Shown piece after piece: positions 40,309 to 49,804 of a stretch of DNA of 64,000 nucleotides. The position numbers were made by a program, and so were the translations under genes. Below the pieces are notes generated by a model. That model worked only from the letters and a program-made list of their open reading frames with translations, made no database searches and was not told the origin of the DNA. The DNA is taken from positions 1 through 64,000 of the IMG/VR virus record IMGVR_UViG_3300006217_000025. The stretch is one strand, 5' to 3'. Positions within the stretch are counted from its first letter, which is position 1. Every line of letters begins with the position of its first letter. Source of the stretch: a virus (lineage: Duplodnaviria; Caudoviricetes).

Positions 40309-41358
40309 CTTTATTTTTATAATTTTTATTTTTTTATAGCTTTTAGGAAAATCTGCTTTGGAGGATTTTTTTCTGTACTAGCGGACTTTTCTAAAAGGTG
40401 CAAAAAAATTGTGCCAAATCATGAAAAGAAGCATTCTATCTAAAAAATAGCGTGCTGTTTTCATGAACCATTTAAGGCGCATTCTACCTAAAAATAGCGT
40501 GCGTAACAACAAGCACTTTGACAACAATATACATAACAAGACTATTTTATACGACACTAGCATTATACTTGTATAGTCTGAAAATGTTATGAAACATGAA
40601 ACCTTGCTATGCGTTCACTGTCTGTTTAAAAAGGCATGCGACTGATACACCATGAGTACGCCTTTATTTAAGATATAACGAAAAGTATTGAGAATTGTTT
40701 TAGTATATCTAGGAAGCGCCCAAAATATACTAGAAGATAGTAGATTGTAGTTAAGCAGTCATGAGATCATAAAGGATAGACTATGTTTTTATAATGATAT
40801 AGCATATACTATGGTTAAGTGAATTATCCTATTGATAGGGTAAGTGTATTTATATGTGTTCAATCCGACGGAAAATTGTATAAGGTGGGATTATACCCAT
40901 ACCATACAATGAGGGTGTATATATTTAGGTATTTTCTAAATGTGCATTGTGGCGAGAGCTAGGAGTAAAAGACCCTTGAAGGGCTAGTATGATGGCTAGC
41001 ATAGGCTTTGGAACAGAGAAAAACCTTCAAGACAAGAGAACACAATGTGAAATAAACGGCATAGCCTTTCATCAGCTTTTTTGCGATCCTTAGAATGTGT
41101 AAGTTAAGAGGAACAACTAAGACAAAACTAAAAGGGGCTATAGTGAGGGGTGGGTAATGACTCCCTAAGGATTGTTCCTTCTATTTTAATATCATATAGT
41201 GATTATTATATGGTATTAAGCTAGAAATAGCTATAAAATTAGAGTGGTTGATAATTATTTGCTTTAAAATGGCAAGAAATTTTATAAAAGTAACTCTAAT
41301 TTTATTAAAATTGTCTATATGTATATATGAGAAGAAGTGAGCAAGAGGAGAATATTAA

Positions 41359-41661
41359 ATGAGAGTATTAATGATAGACATTGAATACACAAAAACAGAC
41401 TCAAATGGAGTCTATGATAAAATCAAGTTTTTTAAAAATGAAAAACAAGTTTATGATTGCTTGTATTCACTTTTGAAAAATGAAAATACAAAAGAAATCA
41501 AAAGTTTTGAAGTCCTATGGTTTGTCAATCCATTTGAATGGATTACTTATACGTGGGACGGGAAAAGTTTGAAAAATAAATATGGACGGACGCTGATGCA
41601 GGATAAAAACAGCATCAGTCGTTGTGAATATGACTATGAATGTTCAATAAAATATAAATAG
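41359..41661 (+). CDS. Hypothetical protein
   Basis: GAGGAG RBS; ORF track. Confidence 0.7.
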   Translation: MRVLMIDIEYTKTDSNGVYDKIKFFKNEKQVYDCLYSLLKNENTKEIKSFEVLWFVNPFEWITYTWDGKSLKNKYGRTLMQDKNSISRCEYDYECSIKYK

Positions 41662-41672
41662 GAGGAAAAGAA

Positions 41673-42005
41673 ATGAAAAATTTAAGAGAGGGAATTATTA
41701 ACGCGACACCACACACAATCAATGTGGTAAATGAACAAATGGAAATAGTGGCTACTTTTGAGCCGTCTATTTCTGTACGGGTAGCAAGTACTACTCAAAT
41801 AGTAGGAGAAATTTGTGGTATCCCACTAGATACCACTGTGTTTGGTGAAGTGGAAGGGTTGCCTAAATATCGAGAAGACGTTTACTATATTGTAAGCCGT
41901 CTTGTAAAATCGGCTTTACCTGATCGCAAAGATTTACTTTGCCCAGGGCAACAAGTCCGCAATGAAACTGGACAAGTTATAGGCTGTAAATCTCTATCTT
42001 TATAG
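41673..42005 (+). CDS. Conserved phage protein (N-x-TPH...IVSRLV...PDRKDLLCP...VR-x4-G-VIGC family)
   Basis: AGGAGG RBS; recognisable motif pattern, function unknown. Confidence 0.75.
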   Translation: MKNLREGIINATPHTINVVNEQMEIVATFEPSISVRVASTTQIVGEICGIPLDTTVFGEVEGLPKYREDVYYIVSRLVKSALPDRKDLLCPGQQVRNETGQVIGCKSLSL

Positions 42006-42027
42006 CCACAGTCTATAACTATTCATA

Positions 42028-42056
42028 TAGGCATAGTATAATTCTATGCCTTTTTA
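42028..42056 (+). terminator. Rho-independent terminator
   Basis: AGGCATAG/CTATGCCT stem then T-run. Confidence 0.65.
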
Positions 42057-42133
42057 TTATGGGGAAATTACGATTTGCATAGAAGCCATATTGAAAGTCA
42101 AGGGGACACTATGCATAAAAAGAAAGGAGTTTT

Positions 42134-42310
42134 ATGTTTTATCAATATATCATCAATGCCGTTTCAAAAGACAGCGTATTCGATACGCTAGAGGAAGCTA
42201 TAGCCCATGCAAAAAGTGGGGATAAGATTTATCTCTATGAATGTGAAGGTGGATACGATTTTTGGAATACACTAATTGTTTCTACACAGCTAATCGTGGA
42301 GGTAGCATAG
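42134..42310 (+). CDS. Hypothetical protein (58 aa), not in the track
   Basis: GAAAGGAG RBS, MFYQYIINAVSKDSVFDTLEEAIAHA... Confidence 0.65.
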   Translation: MFYQYIINAVSKDSVFDTLEEAIAHAKSGDKIYLYECEGGYDFWNTLIVSTQLIVEVA

Positions 42311-42385
42311 CATAACGCTATGCTTTTTATTATACAAAGAAAGATGACATCCATTTTGAAAATGGAAATTGAAAGGAGAGAGAAT

Positions 42386-42547
42386 ATGGAAAATTTATGT
42401 ACAAGTTTAGCCTTACTTGCGATGATGGGGTTATGTATGATAGGAGTCTTAATTTGTCTTGGGAGTCTTTTATTATGCGACCTGATTTTTAAGACAAGTA
42501 TAGGGCGAAGAACTTGTCGATGGTTTTTTAATGATGAAACCATGTAG
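42386..42547 (+). CDS. Small membrane protein
   Basis: GAAAGGAG RBS; single hydrophobic segment. Confidence 0.6.
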   Translation: MENLCTSLALLAMMGLCMIGVLICLGSLLLCDLIFKTSIGRRTCRWFFNDETM

Positions 42548-42655
42548 TTTGAGAAAAGACAGAATATAGAGGGGTGGTTTAATAGTGCAACTTACAATTT
42601 AACTAGAATTAGGCACAATTTACAAAAAAATAAGGATAAAAAGGAGAAGATTAAA

Positions 42656-43090
42656 ATGTACAAACCATACGCTAGTTACAAATATTTAACGGATAAATTT
42701 GAAAAGAAAGATGTAAGAGAAAACTATTTGTTAAAATTTAGAAATATGACAAATGGTACAGAAGTATTTTATTTGGTTCAAAGTGTTGCCGTCAGAGTAA
42801 GAGGCGGAGTGAATTCAAATTCAATGTGTTTGATTGATCAATATGGAGAAACAGTGAAGTTATCGTGTATGAATGATAATGGAAACATCGATAAACTTAA
42901 CTTAGTTCTAACAGAAGCATATTCTCAAGTATTATGGGCTTGTTGCAAACATAGTACAATTGATTTATTCAATTCAACTCAAAGAGAATGCTTATATAAA
43001 AAAGACATTGTATTTATGACAACACAAGAAGCTTTAGATTATGTCCAACAAGTTGCATTAAGGAACAATAAACAAGTTGTCATTATTTAA
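42656..43090 (+). CDS. Hypothetical protein
   Basis: AAGGAG RBS; ORF track. Confidence 0.7.
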   Translation: MYKPYASYKYLTDKFEKKDVRENYLLKFRNMTNGTEVFYLVQSVAVRVRGGVNSNSMCLIDQYGETVKLSCMNDNGNIDKLNLVLTEAYSQVLWACCKHSTIDLFNSTQRECLYKKDIVFMTTQEALDYVQQVALRNNKQVVII

Positions 43091-43091
43091 T

Positions 43092-43165
43092 TTAGGAATA
43101 ATCGAAACTAGGCAATCGCCTAGTCACGTAAGGGATAAGCTCCTGCGTCTGATGAGATAGCTTAA
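43092..43165 (+). ncRNA. Type II hammerhead ribozyme
   Basis: GAAA (43104-07), stem III CUAGG/CCUAG, GUC cleavage triplet ending 43125, stem I ACGUAAGGG/UCCUGCGU, CUGAUGA (43149-55), stem II GAU/AUC. Confidence 0.85.
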
Positions 43166-43189
43166 ATAAAATCTAAGGAGGATAAAAGA

Positions 43190-43519
43190 ATGATTATTGT
43201 TAGAACAGCTCATCATGAGCTAAAAGAAATTGTAGAGGTTGAATATAGAAAAAAGGGAGAATTTGAACATGGTTTCATTTTTTCTTTTACTAAACAAGGA
43301 GTACCTTTGTTTAATAATAAAGGAATTAAGAATTATAACATGTGCATGACTTCCAATGACTATGTTTTCATTGGGGCACAAGTTAGAGTTAAGAGAATTT
43401 ATCATAGAGCCATGGGAATCTGTCCAGAATGCGGACGATTATTAGAGTTACACCCAATTGGTGCGACAAAATGCAAATGTGGCTCACTTTATGATACAAT
43501 TGGAAGAAAATTATTATAA
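43190..43519 (+). CDS. Hypothetical protein with C-terminal Zn ribbon
   Basis: CPECG...CKCG; AAGGAGG RBS. Confidence 0.7.
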   Translation: MIIVRTAHHELKEIVEVEYRKKGEFEHGFIFSFTKQGVPLFNNKGIKNYNMCMTSNDYVFIGAQVRVKRIYHRAMGICPECGRLLELHPIGATKCKCGSLYDTIGRKLL

Positions 43520-43571
43520 TTGGCTCTAAGATTCAAAAAAATGTATATATTAATATATGAAGGGGGATTTT

Positions 43572-44126
43572 ATGAATATAATTGTAAATGAAAACAAGGG
43601 GTTAGATGGCATTGAAATAGCTTTTGATATGAAGCCGTCAAATTCTATTTTACATATCTTAAAAAGCCATGGGTTTAAATGGCATTTAAAAAAGAAGATT
43701 TGGTATGCTAAAAGAACTAAGGAAAGACAAGATGTAGTTAATGCCATTGTGAATGGTAGCTATATAAAACGGAAAGAAAATGAACATAACATCAAAATAG
43801 GCGATTTATATTACATAAGTTGGGGATATAGCATGACTATAGTAGATTTTTATCAAGTTATTAGTATATCTCCTAAAATGGTTACAATTATTCCTGTTTG
43901 TCCTGAAAAATATGAAATGACAGGAGGAGGCTATCAAGGAAGTTTTAAAATTAAAATTCCTAAAAAAATATTACCTTTTGATAGACATGATGTGTTTATC
44001 AAAGATCCATTGGGAATGCGTAAGAAAGTTGAAAAAATAAATAACGAAGACTGTTTCTATATTAAATCACATTTAGCAAAAAAGGTGAGAGAGGGGCAGT
44101 CTTTTTATTATGACAATATGGATTAA
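43572..44126 (+). CDS. Hypothetical protein
   Basis: GIEIAFDMKP...GFKWHLKKKIWYAK module common in mobile-element proteins. Confidence 0.65.
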   Translation: MNIIVNENKGLDGIEIAFDMKPSNSILHILKSHGFKWHLKKKIWYAKRTKERQDVVNAIVNGSYIKRKENEHNIKIGDLYYISWGYSMTIVDFYQVISISPKMVTIIPVCPEKYEMTGGGYQGSFKIKIPKKILPFDRHDVFIKDPLGMRKKVEKINNEDCFYIKSHLAKKVREGQSFYYDNMD

Positions 44127-44194
44127 AAAATTAAATACTTTGAAGCGGACGAGCTAAATATGATGGATTGTTAAAGCAAATTTAAGGAGGAAAA

Positions 44195-44503
44195 ATGAAA
44201 TATTTAGTGTGCATTAACGGAGAAGAATATGACAATTTTATGAAAGCTTTAGGGGACTATGGTTTTCAATGGCATGGTGGAGCAATAGCAGGAGATGGAA
44301 CATGCGTATATGAAAAGTATTTTGATAGAAATTACGCAACTGCTTATTATCTTGATTTTGATAAAAAAGAAATAACATATTGTGTTGGTATGGAAATTTA
44401 CGCTCCATCTTCGTTTATGAGAGATGATAAAAAATATAATGAGTATTTGACGCAATGTAAAAGTTGTGAGTGGATTTTAAACAAATTAAAGGAGGAATAT
44501 TAG
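44195..44503 (+). CDS. Hypothetical protein
   Basis: AAGGAGG RBS. Confidence 0.7.
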   Translation: MKYLVCINGEEYDNFMKALGDYGFQWHGGAIAGDGTCVYEKYFDRNYATAYYLDFDKKEITYCVGMEIYAPSSFMRDDKKYNEYLTQCKSCEWILNKLKEEY

Positions 44504-44504
44504 A

Positions 44505-44753
44505 ATGTATACTTTAAGAATTTATGTTAAAAATGGTTCTAAATGGAATTTAGAAAATACTATGAGTAAGTCTGAATTGGACGTATTCAAGGCATATTTT
44601 GCCGCTAAAAACAAGTGTTCGTTAAATTCTAAAATCACAAATTTAAATTATAATGCAAGTGGTGATATTATACACATGGAAATAACAAACACGCTAGAAT
44701 TATCAAGTAGTGATAAGAAATATAAATATGTTTATGATAAGGAGGAAGAATAA
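44505..44753 (+). CDS. Hypothetical protein
   Basis: AGGAGG RBS. Confidence 0.7.
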   Translation: MYTLRIYVKNGSKWNLENTMSKSELDVFKAYFAAKNKCSLNSKITNLNYNASGDIIHMEITNTLELSSSDKKYKYVYDKEEE

Positions 44754-44755
44754 TT

Positions 44756-44941
44756 ATGAATTTAGAAAGATTATGTGTTTTAGTGATGTACGGTATTTTG
44801 GGGCTCATTGAAGATGACAGAGAAAGTGCCATTGAATACTTTCACGACACTATGGGAATGACACTTGGAGAGCTTGAATATTTTGGTGTTAACCTTACGG
44901 AAGATGAATTGAATAAATATAAATGGGAGGAAGGAAGGTAA
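44756..44941 (+). CDS. Hypothetical protein
   Basis: AAGGAGG RBS. Confidence 0.65.
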   Translation: MNLERLCVLVMYGILGLIEDDRESAIEYFHDTMGMTLGELEYFGVNLTEDELNKYKWEEGR

Positions 44942-44947
44942 ACTAAC

Positions 44948-45100
44948 ATGTTAGAAAAAATTAAAAACAATCCAGTAGCTTATGAAGATTTTAAAGCATG
45001 GGTTGAAAATGAATGTTTCGGAGAAGAAGAAAGCGAAGAACTTGCACAAGAGTATATTGAGCTTCTTGAAGTATTTAATCCTTTAGGAATAAAACTTTAA
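44948..45100 (+). CDS. Hypothetical protein (50 aa), not in the track
   Basis: GGAAGG RBS, MLEKIKNNPVAYEDF... Confidence 0.6.
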   Translation: MLEKIKNNPVAYEDFKAWVENECFGEEESEELAQEYIELLEVFNPLGIKL

Positions 45101-45175
45101 GGCACAAATAGTACAGTAAACATGTAAAAACTTACAGCTACTATTTCAATAACATTAGATAAGGAGAGAATAGCC

Positions 45176-45364
45176 ATGGAACAAAAAATCGTATTAAAAC
45201 AATATAAGGACTCATTCCTTATGCTGTGGGTTCATGTATCAGGAAGAAATGAATTTGTTGTATGTCGCAATTGGAATGGTAATTCGTGGGATTGGGGACA
45301 TTATTTTGGTAATGATTTAGATGGTGCTTTAGAATACTTTAACAAAGATAGAATGGAGGCGTGA
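45176..45364 (+). CDS. Hypothetical protein
   Basis: AAGGAG RBS. Confidence 0.65.
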   Translation: MEQKIVLKQYKDSFLMLWVHVSGRNEFVVCRNWNGNSWDWGHYFGNDLDGALEYFNKDRMEA

Positions 45365-45370
45365 TTTGAA

Positions 45371-45577
45371 ATGAGAGTATTGCAATTAACAGGTATGATG
45401 CCAAAAAATCAAAAAATTGACATTATAGATATATTTGATCGTCATGAAAAACCTCAATTTGAAGGTGTAGCGAATGATATCAACAAATATCATAGATATG
45501 CTGATAGATTTGTAACTAGAATTGAATCATATGAATATGAAGGTGAAAGTGTTATTTGTATGAAAATTTGTTATTAG
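45371..45577 (+). CDS. Hypothetical protein
   Basis: GGAGG RBS. Confidence 0.6.
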   Translation: MRVLQLTGMMPKNQKIDIIDIFDRHEKPQFEGVANDINKYHRYADRFVTRIESYEYEGESVICMKICY

Positions 45578-45606
45578 TTAAAAACATAGGGGAGAGATAA
45601 TTTGAA

Positions 45607-45768
45607 ATGAAAATAGAATTTGCAACAGATAATGCAGCATTTGATGAATATGGAGATATAGAAGTGAAACGTATCCTTGAGAAGATTATTAGTCAAGTAG
45701 AGAATGGCTATGAGAATGGTATCATTATGGATATTAGCGGAAATAAGATAGGGTGGTGGAGAAAATGA
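45607..45768 (+). CDS. Hypothetical protein (53 aa), not in the track
   Basis: GGGGAG RBS, MKIEFATDNAAF...DISGNKIG; ATGA overlap with the next gene. Confidence 0.65.
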   Translation: MKIEFATDNAAFDEYGDIEVKRILEKIISQVENGYENGIIMDISGNKIGWWRK

Positions 45769-46340
45769 AAAAACCAAGACAAAGAATTTTATATAATAAC
45801 TATGATTTAGATTTTGAGGGGGCAAAAGAAGAAGCAATTGAAAGATATTATGATTTTTGCGATTTTATTAAAAAAGAAATAGAAGGCAACTATGAACCAA
45901 GTGAAGAAAAAATTTGGGAAACTGCTCATGAACTAGATGGATTTTTTTGGGAAGAATTCCAGAATGATTTTGAAAAATTTATAGGGAATGATGTATTTAT
46001 CATTCAAGGCAATATAGGAAGGTGGAATGGGGTTGCAAGAGGTGGATTTACATTTAGTTCACTTGATGAATTATCTAGGGCATGGAAAGATTGTGATTAC
46101 ATTAAAATTTATGATGAAAATGGTCATTTATATATTGAATGTTCTCATCATGACGGAACAAACTTCTATGAAATAAGAAAACTTACTGAAAAAGGAAGGG
46201 AATATTTAAATAATCATAACTATTATGATAAAGAAGAACTTCACAATAAACTTATTAAAAATCCATATAGTGTTTTACCTAACTATGCTAACAAAGTATG
46301 GGGAAGTAAAAAAATAAAATATGAAGCAATTGAAAAATGA
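45765..46340 (+). CDS. Conserved phage hypothetical protein
   Basis: GNIGRWNG...CSHHDGTN; start by ATGA overlap. Confidence 0.7.
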   Translation: MKKPRQRILYNNYDLDFEGAKEEAIERYYDFCDFIKKEIEGNYEPSEEKIWETAHELDGFFWEEFQNDFEKFIGNDVFIIQGNIGRWNGVARGGFTFSSLDELSRAWKDCDYIKIYDENGHLYIECSHHDGTNFYEIRKLTEKGREYLNNHNYYDKEELHNKLIKNPYSVLPNYANKVWGSKKIKYEAIEK

Positions 46341-46459
46341 AGTTGATGAGCTAGGGTTAAGTGAATACTTTGAATTTGCACCAAATAGTGATGATTGTTA
46401 TATCATAATTTTTGGCGGAGTCATTACAGAATTATTATTTTAAGAAGAGGAATAAGATT

Positions 46460-46999
46460 ATGGCAAACACATGTAATTTTAGTATGAAAGTAATTGGAGA
46501 AAAGGCAAGCATAAAACAATTTTATAATGCTTTAATTCAAAATGGAAACTTATGGATTGGACGTGGAGCTGATTGTGAAATTATTTATGAAGACGAAAGC
46601 TATACTCAAATTGATGGTATTTGTAAATGGAGCATTCAAAGCGCATTGATTGATAACGCTATATCTATGAAAAAAGAACCTGAAAAATGGTATTTTGGGA
46701 AAAATGAATCAGATGGTTTGACATTTATTACTTTAATAGAAGCATCTGAAAAGTGGAATTTAGATATTGAAGTCTTTTCAAAAGAAACTGGATTCGAATT
46801 TATGGAACATTATCTAATAAGAAAAGGAGAAGTTGAGATTGATGATTGCATTGATTATCAAGAAATTTGGGTAGATGAATATGAAACAAAAGAAGAAGCC
46901 GAAGAAGATTTGGATACAACATTTACCGATGAAGAATGGGAAAATAGGGAATGTGGATATATTCAACGTGGTGGCGTTGAATGGGACTTTGAAATTTAA
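46460..46999 (+). CDS. Hypothetical acidic protein
   Basis: GAGGA RBS, ATG at 46460. Confidence 0.7.
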   Translation: MANTCNFSMKVIGEKASIKQFYNALIQNGNLWIGRGADCEIIYEDESYTQIDGICKWSIQSALIDNAISMKKEPEKWYFGKNESDGLTFITLIEASEKWNLDIEVFSKETGFEFMEHYLIRKGEVEIDDCIDYQEIWVDEYETKEEAEEDLDTTFTDEEWENRECGYIQRGGVEWDFEI

Positions 47000-47014
47000 A
47001 GGAGGAATAAAATT

Positions 47015-47727
47015 ATGTCACATTACACAGTAGCAGTATTTACAAAGGAAGGTCAAAGTGTTGACTGTTTATTAGAGCCATTTGATGAAAATATTGAAGT
47101 TGAGCCTTATGTAAGAAGAACAAAAGAGGAAGTTTTAAAAGAAATTGAAAAATATTGTGATGAAAACGAAGCTTTAAGAAAAAAATGGTTAACTTTATCT
47201 GATAAAGAGAAAATGAGAATTTGGGCTGGATATAATGACTTTGATGAAGACGGTAACCCTTTATCAACTTACAATCCTAATTCAAAATGGGATTGGTATT
47301 CAGTTGGTGGTCGTTGGGATAATTTCCTAAAAACAAAAAATGGTGAATATGTTAATGAATGTTTAGTTAAAGACTTAGACTTAACACCAAATAAAGAAGA
47401 ATATGATAAAGCTATTAGATTTTGGGAGTTAGTAATTGAACATCAACCTTTAGAAGAAGGCGAAAAATGCCATTCAATCTTTACAAAGAAGAATATTACA
47501 TCGAAAGATATGGCACTAAAGAAAATTATGCCAAAAAGAGTGCAATGTTTTCAACTTATGCAGTATTAACCCCAGATGGAGAATGGCATGAACCTGGTCA
47601 AATGGGTTGGTGGGGAATGTCTCATGCAAGCCAAGAAGATGAAAAATTATGGGATGAAGCATATGAAAACTTTTTAAAAGAAGCTGATCCTAATTGGACA
47701 ATTACAATTGTAGATTGTCATATTTAA
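47015..47727 (+). pseudogene. Conserved phage gene split by a -1 frameshift near 47463-47467
   Basis: ORFs 47015-47569 and 47467-47727 join into one coherent protein (MSHYTV...KWDWYSVGGRW...TPDGEWHE.G.MGWWG...VDCHI) if one A is added to an A5 run. Confidence 0.7.
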
Positions 47728-47762
47728 AGATCATATAAAGTTATAAAAGGAGAAATAAAATT

Positions 47763-48239
47763 ATGGGGTTAGATATGTATTTAATGAATGTTAGAAACGA
47801 AGAAAAAATCAAAGCTGAAAATTTTATTGAAGTGGGATATTGGAGAAAGGCAAATCAAATACACAATTGGTTTGTTAAAAATGTTCAAGGCGGAGTTGAC
47901 GATTGTGGTTATTATGGAGTTACTAAAGAAAAACTAGAATAGCTACTATCTATTTGTAAAAAAGTTAAAGAAAGTATTAAGTTGGTTGACGGAGATATTG
48001 CACCAATTAAAATGTTTCAGGATGGAAAACTAGTTGATACAGAATTACAATTAAAAATTATTGAAAATACAAGTGTAGCACAACAATTATTACCAACTCA
48101 ATCAGGTTTCTTCTTTGGAAGAACAGATTATGATGATGGGTATTTACAAGATATTGAAAATACCATTGAGATCTTAGAGGAAGTGCTTGAAGAAACAGAC
48201 TTTGATACAGAAATGATTGTATATATTTCAAGTTGGTAA
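47763..48239 (+). pseudogene. Conserved phage gene (MGLDMY...YWRKANQIHNWF) with an in-frame TAG at 47940-47942
   Basis: AAGGAG RBS, ATG at 47763 in frame with track ORF 47982-48239. Confidence 0.7.
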
Positions 48240-48271
48240 AATTAAATAGAATTATAAATGAGGAATAAATT

Positions 48272-48559
48272 ATGACAGGGAAAATGGAAACTTTTATGGA
48301 AATACTTGTTTATATCCCAAATGATATTCTTATTGAAACTGATGAATATTATATAAGTTATAATAATAAAGATGTTAATATTTATGGCTGTGATACTACT
48401 GCAATTGTAGCTTCCGATATGACAAAATTCCTTATTTTAAATGGGAACCATGTTAAACCATATTATGAAATAATACAAAAGGGTGGAAGTTATAAAGATT
48501 GTATTGTGTATTTTAAAAAACATATTGGGGAAAAATCAAGATTTAGTGATTTACCTTAA
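48272..48559 (+). CDS. Hypothetical protein
   Basis: GAGGA RBS. Confidence 0.7.
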   Translation: MTGKMETFMEILVYIPNDILIETDEYYISYNNKDVNIYGCDTTAIVASDMTKFLILNGNHVKPYYEIIQKGGSYKDCIVYFKKHIGEKSRFSDLP

Positions 48560-48600
48560 AGCAACATATCAAATAAAATTATAAAAAGGGGAAATTGATT

Positions 48601-49236
48601 ATGGGAAATAGAGCGATTATTAAACCAATAGATAGTACAAATTCTATCTACTTACATTGGAATGGTGGAAGAGATAGTATTGAGGCGTTTTTAAAATATT
48701 GTGAATTAAAAGGATATAGGGGGTTAGGTCAAGATACATCATATGGGCTAGCAAGATTAACACAAGTGATTTCTAACTTTTTTGGTGGGACTACAAGCAT
48801 TGGAATTTGTAATTGTGATGGAACAGAGAACAGTTCACCAGGAGATAACGGAATTTATATTGTTGAAGGTTGGGCTATTATAGATAGGGTTGATTGTACA
48901 TATGAACAAAGAGAATATGAATTAAATGAAATGCTTATTGTGATTGATAATGCTCAACCTAAAAATGAGCAACTTGGAGAATTTTTAACAGCGAAAGAAG
49001 TCCATACAAGTGAATTAAAAATTGATGATGTAGTTTATATCCAAGATTGGAGTGGAAAACTTGAAACATTCAAAATAGTTGGATTTGGCGGAAAAGATCA
49101 AATGAAGAATGGTCGTAAAGTTGAAAATGTTCCATATGTAAATAATTATGATCATGATGGAGATTATTCATGGAATATAAATAATTATATTTTTAATAAG
49201 ACTGTAAGAATTAAAAGAGCAGAAAGAGAGGAATAA
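48601..49236 (+). CDS. Conserved phage hypothetical protein (MGNRAII...YLHWNGGRDS)
   Basis: ORF track; AAGGGG RBS. Confidence 0.7.
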   Translation: MGNRAIIKPIDSTNSIYLHWNGGRDSIEAFLKYCELKGYRGLGQDTSYGLARLTQVISNFFGGTTSIGICNCDGTENSSPGDNGIYIVEGWAIIDRVDCTYEQREYELNEMLIVIDNAQPKNEQLGEFLTAKEVHTSELKIDDVVYIQDWSGKLETFKIVGFGGKDQMKNGRKVENVPYVNNYDHDGDYSWNINNYIFNKTVRIKRAEREE

Positions 49237-49238
49237 CT

Positions 49239-49517
49239 ATGCAAGAAATATTGACAAATGACCAAAGGCATGTTGTTTTAAAAATCATTGGAAGAGCAAA
49301 AGATATGAATATGATAAAAGATAGTTTAATCTCAACACTTATGGATATTGAAAGTGCAGTTTTACATTTCAATATGAGGTTGCAGGATTGGCTTGAAGCA
49401 GATGATTTTAATTTTGCTCATGACTTCTATGGAATTATAAATTGTATTGTAAGAGATGAATTCCCAAGTGTAAACTTTGGATATTTTTTACCTAGATTTG
49501 CAGGAAGAGGAGAATAG
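49239..49517 (+). CDS. Hypothetical protein (DUF6874-like, DDFNFAHDFYGI)
   Basis: ORF track; motif recognition. Confidence 0.6.
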   Translation: MQEILTNDQRHVVLKIIGRAKDMNMIKDSLISTLMDIESAVLHFNMRLQDWLEADDFNFAHDFYGIINCIVRDEFPSVNFGYFLPRFAGRGE

Positions 49518-49522
49518 AGAAT

Positions 49523-49717
49523 ATGGAAGAATTAATTTTAAAATTTGATATTGATTTTGAAGACGGAGAATTATTTATGGCTGAAGAATGTTCATCAGGT
49601 TGTACATATAGAGTTAAAACAAAAAAAGAATTATTAGAGTATATTCTTGAGTATGTAATGAATTATGTAGATGCAAATCATGAATTTGATTTTGCAATAA
49701 CTAAAAGAAATGCTTGA
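49523..49717 (+). CDS. Hypothetical protein
   Basis: GAGGAG RBS. Confidence 0.65.
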   Translation: MEELILKFDIDFEDGELFMAEECSSGCTYRVKTKKELLEYILEYVMNYVDANHEFDFAITKRNA

Positions 49718-49741
49718 CAATAGATATTGAAGGAATAATAC
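49714..49741 (+). promoter_or_regulatory. Sigma-A-like promoter
   Basis: TTGACA-N16-TAATAC, followed by an AGGGCAAT/ATTGCTCT hairpin and T-run. Confidence 0.45.
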
Positions 49742-49804
49742 TAGGGCAATTAAATATTGCTCTTTTTTGATATATAGAATTAAAAATTAAAAGGAGAGAA
49801 AAAA

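Noticed and set aside
41040-41085. Second hammerhead (CTGATGA on the minus strand near 41070)
   Set aside because: No GAAA after a stem II and no NUH/stem III arrangement.
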